A stretch of 64,000 bases of DNA from Acidobacteriota bacterium (GTDB taxonomy: Bacteria > Acidobacteriota > UBA890 > WLXD01): contig CBDFKD010000002.1 in NCBI GenBank assembly GCA_965248695.1, positions 224,001 through 288,000 of the forward strand, given 5' to 3'. Shown here piece after piece: positions 55,748 to 64,000 of this stretch (positions are counted from its first letter, which is position 1; every line of letters begins with the position of its first letter). A program made the translations under genes and the position numbers. The notes below the pieces were generated by a model, which searched no databases, was not told the DNA's origin, and was given only the letters and a program-made list of their open reading frames with translations.

Positions 55748-58700
55748 CTAGAAGACGAACACGGCGTTCTCGCGTCGCAGCTGTAGAACGACGGCGTCCG
55801 GATCGACGACGAGCCGGTCGGGTTTGAAGTCGCAGCGGATCGTCACGCGGGCAGACTCTCCCGCCGCCAGCACCACGGTACTTCGCGCCTCGGCATAGAC
55901 CTCCGAGATCGTCGAAGCGCCCGGCGCGGCGGCCGTGTCGGCAGTCGGGTCGCCAGGTGGCGTGCCGGTGTCATCCGGGAAGCGCTCCCCCTGCGATGCG
56001 GCCACTTCGATCGACATCGATCCGGTGCCGATGTTCTCGACCGTCGCTGTGACCTCCCACGCCGTTCCGTCTCTGTGGACGCGTGCCTCCGAGAGCTGGT
56101 ATTCGGGCGCCACGACGTCGAAGAACCACTGCTGCACGAACACGTCGAACGCCTCGGCGTCGGGTGCCCGGGGTCGGAGGGTCGCCACCAGATCCTGAAG
56201 GCCTGGATGATCCGGGCTCGGGTTGTAGGTGGCAATGAACTCCTGCAACCCAGCGAGCATGTTGTCGCGTCCGATGAGGTTGAGCAGCATCCAGGCCACC
56301 CAGCCGCCCTTGTCGTAGGTGACCGTTGTGTCGCCGGCGCGACTGCCGTCGATCTTTACCAGCGGGCGCTCGGAATCTAACTGTCGCAGATCGCCGTAGC
56401 GCTCCTCGATGCGCTTGGCGAACTCGATGCGCGCCCCGACACCATCCACCGCTTCGCTCAGCAACATGGTGGAGAAGTGCGACATCCCCTCGGAGAGAAT
56501 GTTGCCGCCCGGTCCCCGCCCGGGCACCAGCAGGTTGGCCCACCACTGGTGCGCGGCCTCGTGGGCGGTCACCAGGAACGCTGTGCGGGCGCGCGGGTCG
56601 TTGCGGGTCAGGAACCCGATTCCCTCCGAGAAGGTGATGTTGGTCGGGAACCCCTGCGCGTACTGCGCCAGGTTGGGGAACTCGCTGAGCTTGAGCTCCT
56701 CCCAGGGATAGGGATAGAACCACTCCGAGTAGAACCGGCGCGACGCATCGAGGGCGGCGGCAATCTCGTCGATGTTGTAGGTGTGCTCCGGGTGGTAGAA
56801 GACGGCCGTTCCGTCGCCACGGCGAACGTCCCAGCGCCCGGCAACCACGTTGAAGAACGACACCGGGTAGTCGCTCTCCCAGACCACCTGCCGCAGACCA
56901 TCCGCAACCGACTCGCTCTTTAACGAACCCACCGAGTTGAGCGTGTATTCCTCAGGAGCAACGATCCGTATTCGGGTCGTGAACGGTGGTCCTCCGTTGC
57001 TGAACGCAGGCGGTGTTATGCCGTCGAAGTGATCGTCGGGATACTCGGGCGGTTCGTAGCTGTTGTCGTCATCGATGCCGATGCCCTCGACGAACCCCAC
57101 CGTGGGTACGAACGTGGGGCCAAGGCTACCGAGCACGATGCCGGCCGGCAGGACAAACTGAGCGGCTCCACCACCGCCCTTGGTGTAGCCGCGCGGCAGC
57201 GTGGCCTCGTAAGCGAAGCCGATTCGCACGCTGTCGCCCAGCTGCAGGGGCTGGCGCGGCGACAGCACGTGCAGCCCTTGACGGTCGTCCGACTCCGCCG
57301 CCGCCCCATCCACCGTCCAAGTCACCTCGCCCCAGTCCCCGACGGTCAACGGCACGCCGGTGAGCACCACCTCCAGTTGGTTCTGCAGGTCGTAGAAACC
57401 CTCGACGGTGAAGGCGCGTTCCGCCGGCCGCAGCGCAAGGTCGACATCGACATGGGTGACGTACGGCGTCGGCGCGTCCTTCCACGTCGTCAGGTTCTTG
57501 CGCCAGTAGTCCTTCTGTTGCTTCTCTGCTGCCTCGCCCTGGTAGCCGGCGTTCAGGCGGCTGTATAGCGGCAGACCGGTGACCAGCGGCAGAAGCAGGA
57601 ACGGCGAGAGGCTCAGCGTGCTCCACGCCAGCGCTTTGGGTCGCAGCCGATGGACGATGCGGTTGGCGTCGAACTCCTGGCGCCCGAAGAGCCGCACGGC
57701 AAGTGCTACGAACAGCACCGCCCAGCCGAGCACGTAGAGTCGGTTCAGCATCAACGGGTCGCGGTTGAGGCCGAGCGCCCCCATATCGCTCCACGACACA
57801 ACGCCCCAGGCCATCCAGTTCGTGACCCAGTTGAGCCCATCGCCACCGACGATCTTGTAGAGGGTGTAGAAGATCACCCCGATGCAGATCCCATAGGTGG
57901 TGTAGCGGCTCCGCGTGGCAGCGTACACCGCCATCACGAAGGCGCTCCACACCAGGAAGGTAGGCACCAGAATCAGGCCCCAAACAACGGCGAACGGGGC
58001 GAGCGACACGCTCACCGGGCTGTCGAAGAACAGCTGCTGAACGAGCAGGATCACGACGCACGCCACCAGGGCCGCGAGCAGAATAACGGCGCCGACCATG
58101 CTCGTCCCCACCGCTTTGCCCGCCAGAATCGCCCCCGTCGGCGTCGGCGTGGCGTAGTAGATGGCGGCGAGCCCAGTGCTGAACTCACGCTGCAACGACT
58201 CGACCATATAGAAGAGCAGGAGCGAGCAGACCATCAGCGTCAGCGCGTTCATCATGCTCACCGCCATCAGGCCCGGAGTGAGCAGCAGCGGCGCGTCGAA
58301 CGCACCCACGGTGACGACGTTGCCGGTCGCCTGCAGAATCACCAACGGTACGAACAGGTACATGCCCGGCCGGGTCAGCAACTCCCACAGCTCGGCTCGC
58401 GCCACCGTCCAAGCCGCGCGGATGAACCCGAGCGGCAAAGTGCTCATGCGCAGTGCCGCCAGGGGAAGTGGTCGCAACGTGCCGATTGTCTCGGGCGCAG
58501 CTGTCGACGCGTCCGCATGATGCCGCGCACGCCGCTTCGCCGCGCCTGGTAGCCAGACACCTATCGCATCGACCACGGACCGCACACGGCTCGTCTGCGC
58601 CGCACCGCGCAGCGTCGCCCCGAATCTCCGCTGGCTGTACCAAACCGCCATCAAGCCAATCGCCATCAGCGCCACCCTGCTGATCAGAAAGCCGCCATCG

Positions 58701-59455
58701 AACCCGATCGGTTCGGCGTTGTAGAACGCCACGCCGCGGTCGACCTTCAACCAGGTCTCGTTCAGCCAGCGGAATCCTGATGGGTCGATCAGCATCAGCA
58801 GTCGGTTGATCGACGGGCTCAGCCATGTGGGCGTCCAGCTCACGAGGAACCCGAGCGTCCCGAGCATCACGGCCAAGGGCAATACGAACACGAGGATCGG
58901 ACGCCGCGTGCGCTCGCCTATCGCGAACGCGGTGCCGGCGAGAAACACGATCATCGGCAAACCGAAAACCAGCGCCGGAACGAGATAGTTGGCCACCTGC
59001 AGCGGCCCGATGTACTCCTGCGTGGCGGCGTCCGCCAGCGCGTGATTGAAGAACATCGACATCGCCATGTGCAGCCCGAGCACCGCCGCGAAGCTGCCGA
59101 GGACGGCGAGGAACTTCCCCCAGATGTACTCCGCCGGCGACAACAAGGTTCCATGCAGCAGTTCGCCGATCTTGTCCTCCTCGTCACGGATCACCGTCAT
59201 ACCGGCGGCGATTGCCAGGAAGAAGCCATAGAGAGCCAGAACGTTGACCCCGATGACCTGGGCAACGGCGAACTGCGACGTGATGTGGGCCTCGGTGCCG
59301 CCGACGGTCGAATTTCCGGAGCCGATTCGCACGTTGCCGTTCGACAGACCCCAGGTCAGCAGGGCCAGGACGACAACGAGCACCCAGAACAGCGGCCGAC
59401 GGGCGTTGTGCACTGCGTCGCGACGAAGCACCTGCCACATACGAGAGAAGCTCAT
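55748..59455 (-). CDS. ABC-2 type permease fused to an M1 aminopeptidase domain
   Basis: Two permease halves (GKFLAV, AGKAVG), then YAQGFP, HEAAHQWW...SEG and YDKG. Confidence 0.88.
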   Translation of the reverse strand: MSFSRMWQVLRRDAVHNARRPLFWVLVVVLALLTWGLSNGNVRIGSGNSTVGGTEAHITSQFAVAQVIGVNVLALYGFFLAIAAGMTVIRDEEDKIGELLHGTLLSPAEYIWGKFLAVLGSFAAVLGLHMAMSMFFNHALADAATQEYIGPLQVANYLVPALVFGLPMIVFLAGTAFAIGERTRRPILVFVLPLAVMLGTLGFLVSWTPTWLSPSINRLLMLIDPSGFRWLNETWLKVDRGVAFYNAEPIGFDGGFLISRVALMAIGLMAVWYSQRRFGATLRGAAQTSRVRSVVDAIGVWLPGAAKRRARHHADASTAAPETIGTLRPLPLAALRMSTLPLGFIRAAWTVARAELWELLTRPGMYLFVPLVILQATGNVVTVGAFDAPLLLTPGLMAVSMMNALTLMVCSLLLFYMVESLQREFSTGLAAIYYATPTPTGAILAGKAVGTSMVGAVILLAALVACVVILLVQQLFFDSPVSVSLAPFAVVWGLILVPTFLVWSAFVMAVYAATRSRYTTYGICIGVIFYTLYKIVGGDGLNWVTNWMAWGVVSWSDMGALGLNRDPLMLNRLYVLGWAVLFVALAVRLFGRQEFDANRIVHRLRPKALAWSTLSLSPFLLLPLVTGLPLYSRLNAGYQGEAAEKQQKDYWRKNLTTWKDAPTPYVTHVDVDLALRPAERAFTVEGFYDLQNQLEVVLTGVPLTVGDWGEVTWTVDGAAAESDDRQGLHVLSPRQPLQLGDSVRIGFAYEATLPRGYTKGGGGAAQFVLPAGIVLGSLGPTFVPTVGFVEGIGIDDDNSYEPPEYPDDHFDGITPPAFSNGGPPFTTRIRIVAPEEYTLNSVGSLKSESVADGLRQVVWESDYPVSFFNVVAGRWDVRRGDGTAVFYHPEHTYNIDEIAAALDASRRFYSEWFYPYPWEELKLSEFPNLAQYAQGFPTNITFSEGIGFLTRNDPRARTAFLVTAHEAAHQWWANLLVPGRGPGGNILSEGMSHFSTMLLSEAVDGVGARIEFAKRIEERYGDLRQLDSERPLVKIDGSRAGDTTVTYDKGGWVAWMLLNLIGRDNMLAGLQEFIATYNPSPDHPGLQDLVATLRPRAPDAEAFDVFVQQWFFDVVAPEYQLSEARVHRDGTAWEVTATVENIGTGSMSIEVAASQGERFPDDTGTPPGDPTADTAAAPGASTISEVYAEARSTVVLAAGESARVTIRCDFKPDRLVVDPDAVVLQLRRENAVFVF

Positions 59456-60342
59456 GCCGCCCCCCTCACCGCCTCATCCGTCTGCATCAGCGTCAGGTAG
59501 GCATCCTCCAGGGTTGGCGGCACCGACTCGAACCCGGCAGGTGGGGCGCCTTCAGGCACGTGCACGCGCACCCGGTTGCGACCTTCGAACAGGATTGCCT
59601 GGGTGACTCGATGGTCGCGATCGATGAGCTCGAGCTCATCGGCAGTGGCGGTGCCTTCGAAGATCGTTCCTTCGATCGCCGCGCGCGCCTCGGCCGGAGT
59701 CGTCGTGGCAACCAGGGAGCCTCCACGAATCACCGCAAACCGCGGACAGAGCACCGCGACGTCCTCGACGATGTGGGTGGAAAGCACGACGGTACGCTCC
59801 TCGGCGAGCTCGGCAAGCAGCCGGTAGAAGCGCAGGCGCTCCTCCGGATCGAGCCCCGCCGTGGGCTCGTCGACGATGATCAGCTTGGGGTCGCCGGCGA
59901 GCGCCTGGGCGATGCCGAGCCGCTGGCGCATGCCCCCGGAGTAGGCCTTCAGCTTGCGGCGCCCGGCCGACGCCAGATTGACGCGCTCCAGCAGCTCAGC
60001 AGCGAGCTTCTTGAGCCCGCCGGGCGCCTCGACGCCCTTGAGCTTGAGCAGGTAGATGAGCATCGCCTGGCCGCTCATGTGGGGCGGAAAGCCGAAGTCC
60101 TGCGGCAGGTAGCCGAGTTGCCGCCAGATGGTCTGCGGATCGGCGAGCAGGTCCTCACCATTGAACGACACCTCGCCGGAGGTCGGCTCCAGTAGGCCGG
60201 CGACGATCCGCATGAGGGTCGTCTTGCCGGCGCCATTAGGGCCGAGCAGCCCGAACATGCCGGCCGGCACGTCGAGATTCACGCCCTGCAGTGCGGGTAC
60301 CGGCCCCGGATAGACCTTCACCAGATTGCGGATCTTCAGCAT
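59452..60342 (-). CDS. ABC transporter ATP-binding protein
   Basis: GPNGAGKTT, YSGGM and IIVDEPT motifs. Confidence 0.95.
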   Translation of the reverse strand: MLKIRNLVKVYPGPVPALQGVNLDVPAGMFGLLGPNGAGKTTLMRIVAGLLEPTSGEVSFNGEDLLADPQTIWRQLGYLPQDFGFPPHMSGQAMLIYLLKLKGVEAPGGLKKLAAELLERVNLASAGRRKLKAYSGGMRQRLGIAQALAGDPKLIIVDEPTAGLDPEERLRFYRLLAELAEERTVVLSTHIVEDVAVLCPRFAVIRGGSLVATTTPAEARAAIEGTIFEGTATADELELIDRDHRVTQAILFEGRNRVRVHVPEGAPPAGFESVPPTLEDAYLTLMQTDEAVRGAA

Positions 60343-60352
60343 GTCTTGGTCC

Positions 60353-60583
60353 TCATTCCTCGTTGTCTTCTTGATCGTCGGGGGCTCGATACTCGAGTAG
60401 GTCGGCGGGCTGGCACTCCAGCGCCTGGCAGATGGCTGACAGCGTGGAGAAGCGCACCGCTCGTGCCTTGCCGGTCTTCAAGATCGAGAGGTTCTGTGCC
60501 GTGATGCCGATGGTCTCGGCCAGGTCCTTCAGACGAACCTTGCGCCGAGCCAGCGCGACGTCCAGATTGACGATGATCGGCAT
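60353..60583 (-). CDS. Cro/C1-type (YozG-like) HTH regulator
   Basis: MPIIVNLDVALARRK...NLSILKTGKARAVRFSTLSAICQALECQPADLLEY. Confidence 0.9.
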   Translation of the reverse strand: MPIIVNLDVALARRKVRLKDLAETIGITAQNLSILKTGKARAVRFSTLSAICQALECQPADLLEYRAPDDQEDNEE

Positions 60584-60591
60584 GGATGGGT

Positions 60592-61161
60592 TCAGATGGT
60601 GAGGTCGGCGTCGACGGAGATATCGCAAGCGATGCTCATCACGTGACCGATCACGATGTTCGCCACACCGGCAAGTAGCAGCGACGGATCGAGCTTGAGC
60701 TCCCAGATCGACAAGCCCCACCCGAGCCGAGCTGCCACAATGCCGGTCGCCAAACTGAAGATCGGACCGAACACTCCCAACACGACCATCAGCTGACCGG
60801 CGCGGCGAATTCGCATGGCGTTGTCAGCCGTCAGGATCGTGCCGCGCTCGTACAGGGCGAGCAGCCGCTCGTACTGATACAGAATCGCTCCGACGACCGC
60901 GAGGCCGGGACAGACGAGTACGAGCAGCAGAATCACGTCCGGAGCCTCGACATCCTCGATCGGAACTCTGGTGCCGGTGAAGTCGACGTGCGCCGTACCG
61001 ATGTCCAGCCCGAGCGCCAGGGCTACGGCCACCCCCAGCAATACGACCGCCAGTAGCCCGATCGCGCCCAGCAACGCCCATCGCAACCGGCGGCTCAGGG
61101 TAGTAATGCTCACGAGTCGCGGGTCTCCGTCGCTGCGGAACTCATCCAGTTGCATCTTCAC
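60592..61161 (-). CDS. DUF2975-like membrane protein
   Basis: Four TM helices, YERGTILTADN and a C-terminal DLTI; usual upstream partner of the YozG-like HTH. Confidence 0.8.
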   Translation of the reverse strand: MKMQLDEFRSDGDPRLVSITTLSRRLRWALLGAIGLLAVVLLGVAVALALGLDIGTAHVDFTGTRVPIEDVEAPDVILLLVLVCPGLAVVGAILYQYERLLALYERGTILTADNAMRIRRAGQLMVVLGVFGPIFSLATGIVAARLGWGLSIWELKLDPSLLLAGVANIVIGHVMSIACDISVDADLTI

Positions 61162-61221
61162 GCCTCGCGCGGAGATGGCGCGGCACCGGCTGGCGACACG
61201 ATCCCATCTCGACAGTCAGTG

Positions 61222-61270
61222 ATTAGTTATCGATAAACAATAACTATCCATTGAACTTCAATAAGTCAAG
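61222..61270 (-). promoter_or_regulatory. Promoter/operator of the DUF2975-HTH-ABC operon
   Basis: AT-rich patch with TTGACT (-35, minus strand) and palindromes TAGTTAT-N9-ATAACTA, TTATCGATAA and TTGAACTTCAA. Confidence 0.55.
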
Positions 61271-61288
61271 CGAGGGTGACTGAGACGA

Positions 61289-62917
61289 CTATCGAATTCT
61301 CTGGAACGCGACGTTGTTGTCCTCGACGCTCTCCTCGAGCTTGCCGTTCGGATCGACCACGACGAGCAGGAACTTGTCCGACACCGGCACAGTGGTCGCG
61401 CCGGAAAGCGTAACGACCTTGCGGCCGTACGCGCCCAGCTTTCCGGCTTTGGCTTTGCTGATCAGGACGTCGCGGCTCTTGTGGAAGACGCTGTCGGCGG
61501 ACAGATACGCCGCCACTTCGACCTGCTTGCGAGCCCGGTGCGGGCTGGTGTTGATGACCTCCACCTCGACGGTCAGGTCGATCCGGCGCGCGCCAGACCG
61601 TGCCGCGGACTGCACGCTGCCGACCTGCGAGACGATCTCCGGCAGCATCGGCCCGACCGGCATCATGTCGCGCACCAGCGCAGCCGATGCCGTGCTGCGG
61701 GCGATGCCTTCGGCCAGAAGGATCACATCGATCGCTTCGATGTCCCCGGGAACGAGGTTCTGCAGCATCATCGTGAACGCGATCTGCGCCCCCGTCTCGC
61801 GTGAGTGCATGTAGGCAGTCCAGTTCAGGACGTTCGTACCGAAGCTGCCGCCCTTGCGCCCGTAGCGGCTGAAGACGGCAGAGAAGTTCGGTAGCTCCAG
61901 AACCGACTCGAGGTGCCGCCGTACGACCGCATCAACGTCGTCAGCCAACAGATCGCCGGAGAGCAACCGGGTCATCAAGTTCACATACGTTCGGCTCGTC
62001 GAGCGACTGAAATGCGACTGCGTCAGAGCCGTCACCTCTTCGTCACTGGTACCGAACACCGGGGCGCAGCCAGCAGGTGCCCGTTTCCAGGGAGGCGCGA
62101 AGCAGCGCACCTTGCGCAGCCGGTTCATGTACCGCTTCTTGTGCATGTCGTCGAAGACACTCGCGACCTCGTTGTGGTAGCCGCCCACGTCGTTGCCGCT
62201 GTAGTCGGCCAACATGCGCGGGCCAATGTCTTCCTCGTCCGGGTTCGCAACCCACGTGTTGAAGAAAGCATTTATGGGTCGAGGGCGATCGTGATGCCCG
62301 GCGGTGTTGACGTAGGTATCGACGACCTCCTGGATCGCAGCGTCACCGAGCTCGGAGATGAACCAGTCGGGAGCAGCGTTGTCGCTGAAGGCGATCATCT
62401 GGCGAGCGATCTGATCCGGCGTCACCTTGGACGGCCGACCCAGGTCCTCCCACGCCACCGCCAGCGCTCCCCCGTCAAGCGAGCTCCAGAAGCGCGCCCA
62501 AGTGTCACGCGGCATGAGCTTGTGGGGAATGATCGTGCTCCGAGCCGAGCGGTCGGACGAAGCGACGCGACCATTGGCGACGGCCTCCGCGTAGCCAATC
62601 AGTACCAGGGTCTTGAGGGTGGATGCAGTCGCCTGCAGACGGTCGGCGTTGAAATGACGCTCCCAGCCGTCACTGAGGTGGTTCACCGAAAGCGCGCACT
62701 TATCACTGTTGGACAGACAGAAGTCGATGGTCGCGGCAACCGTGCGACGCCCTGCCCCGGCTTTGGCAATCGTCGGAGCCGCCGCGACGACCTGTCCGCG
62801 GATCGGCAGGGTGACCGAGCGAGCGGCGGTCGGCAGCTGCGACGCACCGTCAGCGGATGCGCCGGCAACGCCGCATGTCAGCACCAGAGCAATCGCTGGA
62901 AGCGCCGAACTTCTCAT
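61289..62917 (-). CDS. Secreted class A beta-lactamase-like serine hydrolase with C-terminal CARDB-like domain
   Basis: Signal peptide, ASTLK (SxxK), FSDN and KGG; C-terminal AYLSAD...VVVDPNGKLEESVEDNN. Confidence 0.75.
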   Translation of the reverse strand: MRSSALPAIALVLTCGVAGASADGASQLPTAARSVTLPIRGQVVAAAPTIAKAGAGRRTVAATIDFCLSNSDKCALSVNHLSDGWERHFNADRLQATASTLKTLVLIGYAEAVANGRVASSDRSARSTIIPHKLMPRDTWARFWSSLDGGALAVAWEDLGRPSKVTPDQIARQMIAFSDNAAPDWFISELGDAAIQEVVDTYVNTAGHHDRPRPINAFFNTWVANPDEEDIGPRMLADYSGNDVGGYHNEVASVFDDMHKKRYMNRLRKVRCFAPPWKRAPAGCAPVFGTSDEEVTALTQSHFSRSTSRTYVNLMTRLLSGDLLADDVDAVVRRHLESVLELPNFSAVFSRYGRKGGSFGTNVLNWTAYMHSRETGAQIAFTMMLQNLVPGDIEAIDVILLAEGIARSTASAALVRDMMPVGPMLPEIVSQVGSVQSAARSGARRIDLTVEVEVINTSPHRARKQVEVAAYLSADSVFHKSRDVLISKAKAGKLGAYGRKVVTLSGATTVPVSDKFLLVVVDPNGKLEESVEDNNVAFQRIR

Positions 62918-63076
62918 GGTCGTTTTCCGCCACTGGGGGCGGCGCCAGCGCCCCTTCCGAGGGAGCCTCACCGCCGACATTCTCACATCACGCTCGCGCA
63001 CAGGTATAGTCTCGTCAGAATCGGTTCGTTGTCACACCTTGAAACACGTTGGGTTCAACGCGCGGGCGGTGAACGT

Positions 63077-64000
63077 ATGGGCCTGGACGTAACACGGCGG
63101 CAGCTATTCAAGGCGGGCGCGGCGGCAGTCGCGACCACCGCCTTCGGCTTCGATCTGCGCCCGGCGCACGCCGCTGTCCGCCAGCTAAAGATCGCGCGCA
63201 CGACCCAGACCCACAGCGTATGTCCGTATTGTGCCGTCGGCTGCAGCGTCGTCATTCACACGCTCGGCGATGGGGCCGACAACGTCAAGCCGTCGGTGGT
63301 CCACGTCGAGGGTGATCCCGACAGCCCGATCAACCGCGGCACGCTCTGCCCCAAGGGGATCAGCCTGAAGGACTACGTCAACAACGATCGCCGGCTGGAG
63401 CGGCCGCTATACCGAGCCCCGGGGGCAACGGCGTTCGAGGACATCTCTTGGGAAGAGGCTCTCGACCGCATGGCCCGTCGCATCAAGGACACTCGCGACG
63501 CCGGGTTCGAGGAGCGCGACAGCCAGGGGCGTACGGTCAACCGCCTCACCAACCTGGCGCTCATCGGCGGCTGCACCGACACCAACGAGGTGAACTACCT
63601 GCTCGGCAAGCTGCGCTTCGGCCTCGGAATCCTGCCGTACGAGAACCAGGCACGTTTGTGACACGGCCCCACGGTGGCCAGTCTGGCCGCCACGTTCGGT
63701 CGCGGGGCAATGACCAACGGCTGGACGGACGTCGCCAACGCCGATGTGGTGCTCGTCATGGGGGGCAATCCGGCGGAGAACCATCCGGTGGGCTTCCGCT
63801 TCGTCATGCAGGCGAAGAAGGAGCGCAATGCCAAGCTGGTGTGTATCGATCCGCGCTTCAACCGCACGGCGGCGGTATCGGATGAGTACGTCGCCATCCG
63901 CGCCGGTAGCGACATCGCTTTTCTCGGCGGCCTGATCAACTACGCGCTGAGCAACGACCGCTACCATCGAGAGTACGTGGCCCAGCACACCAACGCCGCC
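63077..64000 (+). CDS. fdnG: Tat-exported selenocysteine formate dehydrogenase alpha subunit (FdnG/FdoG type; Sec codon 195 at 63659-63661; runs off the window)
   Basis: TRRQLFK Tat motif, CPYCAVGC...LCPKG, and ENQARL-U-HGPTVASLAATFGRGAMTN continuing in frame to GGNPAENHPVGF. Confidence 0.92.
63659..63691 (+). promoter_or_regulatory. Bacterial SECIS element
   Basis: UGA, 11 nt, then the GGUGGCC-AGUCU-GGCCGCC stem-loop. Confidence 0.85.

Noticed and set aside
61913-63076. Long N-terminal extension of FdnG
   Set aside because: It is the antisense shadow of the serine hydrolase; the Tat signal starts at 63077.

Overview
GC-rich bacterial chromosome segment, probably from Acidobacteriota (inferred from the PadR + duplicated orphan permease pair, the DUF1592/DUF1552/ankyrin trio and the PQQ-type dehydrogenase). 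It holds, in order: (i) a rearranged complex I operon (J-K-MrpD-like-small ORF-MrpD-like-M-N-A-B-C-D-EF-G) with no canonical nuoL and four antiporter-like subunits; (ii) ppk1/sixA/ppx, a Ser/Thr kinase-TonB fusion, thiC, a receiver-PPDK_N protein and gdhA; (iii) two selenocysteine formate dehydrogenases that the ORF track splits at in-frame TGA codons, each with a SECIS hairpin 11 nt downstream; (iv) a sugar-oxidation/xylose cluster; (v) cytochrome c/PQQ genes, one interrupted by an intact IS256-family element with a 9-bp target duplication; (vi) an ABC permease-M1 peptidase fusion. Two ~278-bp non-coding elements have different 34-bp terminal inverted repeats but share an internal structured core, and their CTAG ends coincide with stop codons of neighbouring genes. 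Four single-base frameshifts at short homopolymers look like assembly errors. No rRNA, tRNA or CRISPR array was seen. All family assignments come from motif recognition, not database searches.
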